This document shows, one piece after another, positions 61,119 to 64,000 of a stretch of 64,000 nucleotides of DNA. Under the pieces are notes generated by a model. The model ran no database searches. It was not told the origin of the DNA and worked only from the letters and a program-made list of their open reading frames with translations. The stretch comes from Methanobacteriota archaeon (lineage in GTDB: Archaea > Thermoplasmatota > Thermoplasmata > RBG-16-68-12), in NCBI GenBank assembly GCA_947084985.1, contig CAMTUI010000023.1, positions 98,266 to 162,265 of the forward strand, given 5' to 3'. A program made the position numbers and the translations under genes. Position 1 is the stretch's first letter. The number at the start of each line of letters is the position of its first letter.

Positions 61119-62606
61119 TCAGAGCCACCGCGTGATGACGACCTTGCTTTCCGTGAAGAAGCGGATCGCGTCCCGGCCTTGCGGGTGGAGGTCCCCGAAG
61201 AACGAGTTCTTCATCCCGCTGAACGGGAAGTACGCCATCGGGGCGGCGACGCCCAGGTTGATCCCGATGTTACCGGCGCGGACGCGGTACCGGAACTCCC
61301 GCGCCGCCTTGCCGCTCGACGTGTAAATCGAGGCCGCATTCCCGTATGGACTGCGGTTGATCAGGTCGATCACGTCGTCGAGGCCGTCCGCCTCGAACAA
61401 GGACACGACGGGCCCGAAAATCTCCTCCTTGGCCACGGTCATGTCTGGCGTCACCCCGTCGAGGACCGTCGGGCCGACGAAATACCCGTTGTACCCGGAC
61501 ACCTTGACCTCGCGGCCGTCGAGGGCGACGTCGGCCCCTTCCTCCTCGCCCTTGTCGATGAAGCCGAGGACCCGCTGCTGATGCGTCCTCGAGATCACGG
61601 GCCCCATCTGGACCGTCTCGTCGAGCCCGTAGCCGACCTTGAGCCGCGAGGCGGCGTCCGTGAACTTCTCCCGGAGAGGCACGTGGACGTCTCCGACGCC
61701 GACGACGACGGACCCGGCGAGGCATCGCTCGCCCGCACAGCCGTAGCAGGAGGAGATCATGTTCGAGATCGCCTTGTCGAGCTTCGCGTCGGGCATGACG
61801 ACGAGCACGTTCTTCGCGCCGCCGCCCGCTTGCACGCGCTTCCCCGACGCCGCGGCGCGAGAGTAGATCAGCTTCGCGACCGCGCTCGACCCGACGAAGG
61901 ACACGCCCTTCACGTCCGGGTGGTCGAGGATCGCGTTCACCGTGTCCTTCGCGCCGTTCACGAGATTCACGACGCCGGGGGGGAAGCCCGCCTTCTCGAT
62001 GAGCTCGAAGATCAGCGTCTGGACGATCGGGTCCTGCTCCGACGGCTTCGAGATCCACACATTGCCCGTCGCGACCGCGTAGGGCCAGAACCAGAACTGG
62101 ACCATGGCGGGGAAGTTGAACGGCGAGATCCCCGCGAACACGCCGAGCGGCTGGTACAGGACCTCCTCGTCGATCCCCGCCGCCGCACCGTCCTCCAGGC
62201 TGTACCCCATCATGAGGCTCGGGATCCCACAGGCGGTCTCGACGTTCTCGATCGCGCGGCGCACCTCGCCTCGGGCCTCGTCGATCGTCTTGCCGTTGTC
62301 CTGCGCAATCACGCGGGAGAGGTCCTCGAAGCGCTGCTCCATGAGGTCCCGCAGCGTGAACAGATAACGAGCTCGGCTCAGGGGCGGCGTCTCCCGCCAC
62401 TCCTCCCATGCCGCGAGGGCGGCCTGGACGGCCTCGTCCACGTCGTCCTTCGTCGAGAGGGGCACGCGGCCGATCCCCTGGCCTGTGGCGGGGTTCGTGT
62501 CCTCCAGCCACTCCGTCGCCCGAGGCGTTCGCCATTCCCCGCCCACGTAGTTCTGGAGGTCTCCGTAGTGCGCCTTCACTTCCGGGAGCAGGGTCGCCTC
62601 GCCCAT
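61119..62606 (-). CDS. mmsA: methylmalonate-semialdehyde dehydrogenase (CoA-acylating) type aldehyde dehydrogenase
   Basis: 495 aa. ALDH catalytic region YGCAGERCLA and the MMSDH-typical C-terminus PMAYFPFSGMKNSFFGDLH. Confidence 0.75.
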   Translation of the reverse strand: MGEATLLPEVKAHYGDLQNYVGGEWRTPRATEWLEDTNPATGQGIGRVPLSTKDDVDEAVQAALAAWEEWRETPPLSRARYLFTLRDLMEQRFEDLSRVIAQDNGKTIDEARGEVRRAIENVETACGIPSLMMGYSLEDGAAAGIDEEVLYQPLGVFAGISPFNFPAMVQFWFWPYAVATGNVWISKPSEQDPIVQTLIFELIEKAGFPPGVVNLVNGAKDTVNAILDHPDVKGVSFVGSSAVAKLIYSRAAASGKRVQAGGGAKNVLVVMPDAKLDKAISNMISSCYGCAGERCLAGSVVVGVGDVHVPLREKFTDAASRLKVGYGLDETVQMGPVISRTHQQRVLGFIDKGEEEGADVALDGREVKVSGYNGYFVGPTVLDGVTPDMTVAKEEIFGPVVSLFEADGLDDVIDLINRSPYGNAASIYTSSGKAAREFRYRVRAGNIGINLGVAAPMAYFPFSGMKNSFFGDLHPQGRDAIRFFTESKVVITRWL

Positions 62607-62615
62607 TCCCGCACC

Positions 62616-63980
62616 CTAGGAGGCCTTCCCGGCGAGGGCCATGTCAATGCTGTCTTCGAGCAGGCCCAGGGCCTTGTCCATCAAGGGCAGGGGGATGTTG
62701 ATCGGAGGCAGCAGCCGGATGCAGTTGTTGTAGAATCCCGCGGTCAGGAGCATGAGCCCGTTCTTCAGGCCCACGAGCTGCACGGCCCGAGCGAGGTCCG
62801 CGTCAGGTTCCTTCGTCCTGCGGTCCTTCACGAACTCGAGCGCCCACATCGCGCCGATGCCGCGCGCCTCGCCGATTCGCTCGTGATCTCCGTAGAACCC
62901 GTTCAGACGCTTGCGGATAAGGGACTCGAGCTTCCTCGTCCTTGGGATGGCCTTCTCGATCTCGTCGACCGCCTTCAAGGCGGCCGCGCAGATCACCGGA
63001 TTGCCGCCGAACGTGCCCCCGAGGGAGGCGGGCCCGGGCACGTCCATGATTGCGGCTTTGCCCGTGACTCCGCCGATCGGCAGGCCGCCGCCGAGCGCCT
63101 TGCCACTCACGATGAGGTCCGGCACCGTGTTCCAGTGCTCGATCGCCCACATTTTCCCGGTGCGGCCCATGCCCGCCTGGACCTCGTCGTCCACGAGGAG
63201 GATCCCATATCGATCGCACAGGTTGCGGAGGAGCGGGAAGAACTCCTTCGGGGGCACGATGATCCCGCCCTCCCCCTGGACCGGCTCCGCGAGGATCGCG
63301 GCCACGCGACCCGCGACCTCCGGCTGGTTGATCAGCCGCTCGAGTTCCTCGACGCGGGCCTTCGCGACCTCCGCTGGCGGACGGCCTTGCGGATCTCGGT
63401 ACGGATACGCGTAGTCCGCGAGGAGCACTTCGCGGACGAGGGGCCCGAAGCCCTCGCGGTACGGCTTCTCCTTGCCCGTCAGGCTGATGCCGAGGAGCGT
63501 GCGACCGTGGAAGGCGGTTTTGAACGAGACGAGCCACGCCTTCTTCGTCGCGGACCGCGCGATCTTCACGGCGTTCTCGATCGCCTCCGATCCGGAGTTG
63601 AGGAAGATGGACTTCGTGAGGCCGGGCGGGCAGATCTCCGCCATCCGCTCCGCGAGGTCCGTGTACGGCCCGTACGTCGACACCATGTAGCAGATGTGCG
63701 TGAGCCGATCGAGTTGGTCCTTCGCGGCCTTGATCACGGACGGGGGTCGATGCCCTACGTTCTGCACGCCGATTCCGACGCCGAGGTCCACGTAGACGTT
63801 CCCATCCACGTCGCGGATGAACGGCCCTTCCGCCGAGGCGATCTCGAGCGGGAGGCCGACCCGCAGCGCGTTCGTGACGAACTTCTCTTTCCGCGCGAGT
63901 GCGGCCTTCGACTTCGGCCCCGGCGGGACCGTGACGATTTTCGGGCCGCGCAGTCTGCGCGGCGACGTTCGTTTCGGCAT
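62616..63980 (-). CDS. class III aminotransferase (4-aminobutyrate / beta-alanine type)
   Basis: LVDDEVQAGMGRTGKMWAIEHW...PDLIVSGKALGGGLP PLP-lysine region. 454 aa. Directly upstream of the mmsA-like gene. Confidence 0.85.
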   Translation of the reverse strand: MPKRTSPRRLRGPKIVTVPPGPKSKAALARKEKFVTNALRVGLPLEIASAEGPFIRDVDGNVYVDLGVGIGVQNVGHRPPSVIKAAKDQLDRLTHICYMVSTYGPYTDLAERMAEICPPGLTKSIFLNSGSEAIENAVKIARSATKKAWLVSFKTAFHGRTLLGISLTGKEKPYREGFGPLVREVLLADYAYPYRDPQGRPPAEVAKARVEELERLINQPEVAGRVAAILAEPVQGEGGIIVPPKEFFPLLRNLCDRYGILLVDDEVQAGMGRTGKMWAIEHWNTVPDLIVSGKALGGGLPIGGVTGKAAIMDVPGPASLGGTFGGNPVICAAALKAVDEIEKAIPRTRKLESLIRKRLNGFYGDHERIGEARGIGAMWALEFVKDRRTKEPDADLARAVQLVGLKNGLMLLTAGFYNNCIRLLPPINIPLPLMDKALGLLEDSIDMALAGKAS

Positions 63981-64000
63981 GGTATCTTGCTTCAGGCGAA

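Noticed and set aside
1-64000. Search for tRNA, rRNA, CRISPR arrays, prophage or integrative elements.
   Set aside because: All intergenic gaps are 330 nt or shorter. None shows cloverleaf-like acceptor/anticodon arrangements, rRNA-like conserved blocks, repeat-spacer periodicity, integrase/transposase genes or a compositional island. This was visual inspection only; tRNAscan-SE or Infernal would be decisive.

Overview
GC-rich (by eye roughly two-thirds G+C, not computed), densely packed archaeal chromosomal segment. I call about 75 protein-coding genes or gene remnants. I saw no rRNA, tRNA, CRISPR array, transposase or integrase. The archaeal assignment rests on several things: a TFB (TFIIB) gene, an aSUI1/eIF1 gene, a DUF2080 micro-protein, an HTH_10 (Bat-like) regulator, and TATA-like boxes centred about 26-30 nt upstream of many start codons (leaderless-type promoters). 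The lineage cannot be fixed without a database search.

Gene content is mostly heterotrophic and redox metabolism:
- fixC-etfB-etfA plus fixX, with a V4R gene between them
- lipA plus an orphan 2-oxoacid dehydrogenase E1-alpha
- an ABC-2 exporter
- a leuA-like/leuC/leuD/leuB-like set
- acyl-CoA synthetase and four crotonase-family genes
- a BoxB-like di-iron acyl-CoA epoxidase homologue
- queC and queD interleaved with cupin and SRPBCC genes
- msrA, a YyaL-like thioredoxin-domain protein, trxB, an Rdx/SelW-like protein and a DCC protein
- isocitrate lyase
- two aldehyde dehydrogenases (one MmsA-like) and two class III aminotransferases
- endonuclease IV, a YcaQ-like DNA glycosylase and dCMP deaminase

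Most interesting observations:
1. A BlaI/CopY-type repressor plus a BlaR1/HtpX-like HExxH membrane protease. This pair shares an 18/20-identical palindromic operator with a membrane-anchored type-1-copper (cupredoxin) gene.
2. A 24-bp GGTTAACC-N8-GGTTAACC element present twice (23/24 identical) in the same orientation, ahead of the leuB-like gene and ahead of a crotonase gene 17.7 kb away.
3. A BoxB-like gene flanked by crotonases, with no boxA in the window.
4. An hxlR-tfb-aSUI1 chain linked by overlapping stop/start codons.
5. A minus-strand operon: DUF2080 micro-protein, zinc-ribbon/HisA-HisF-like fusion, alpha/beta hydrolase.
6. Several gene lesions: two homopolymer frameshifts in an MBL-rhodanese gene, an in-frame TAG in a GNAT gene, and a leuA-like gene whose catalytic N-terminus has no canonical start codon. 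These are either real decay or assembly errors.

All family calls come from my own recognition of motifs in the translations. No database search was run.
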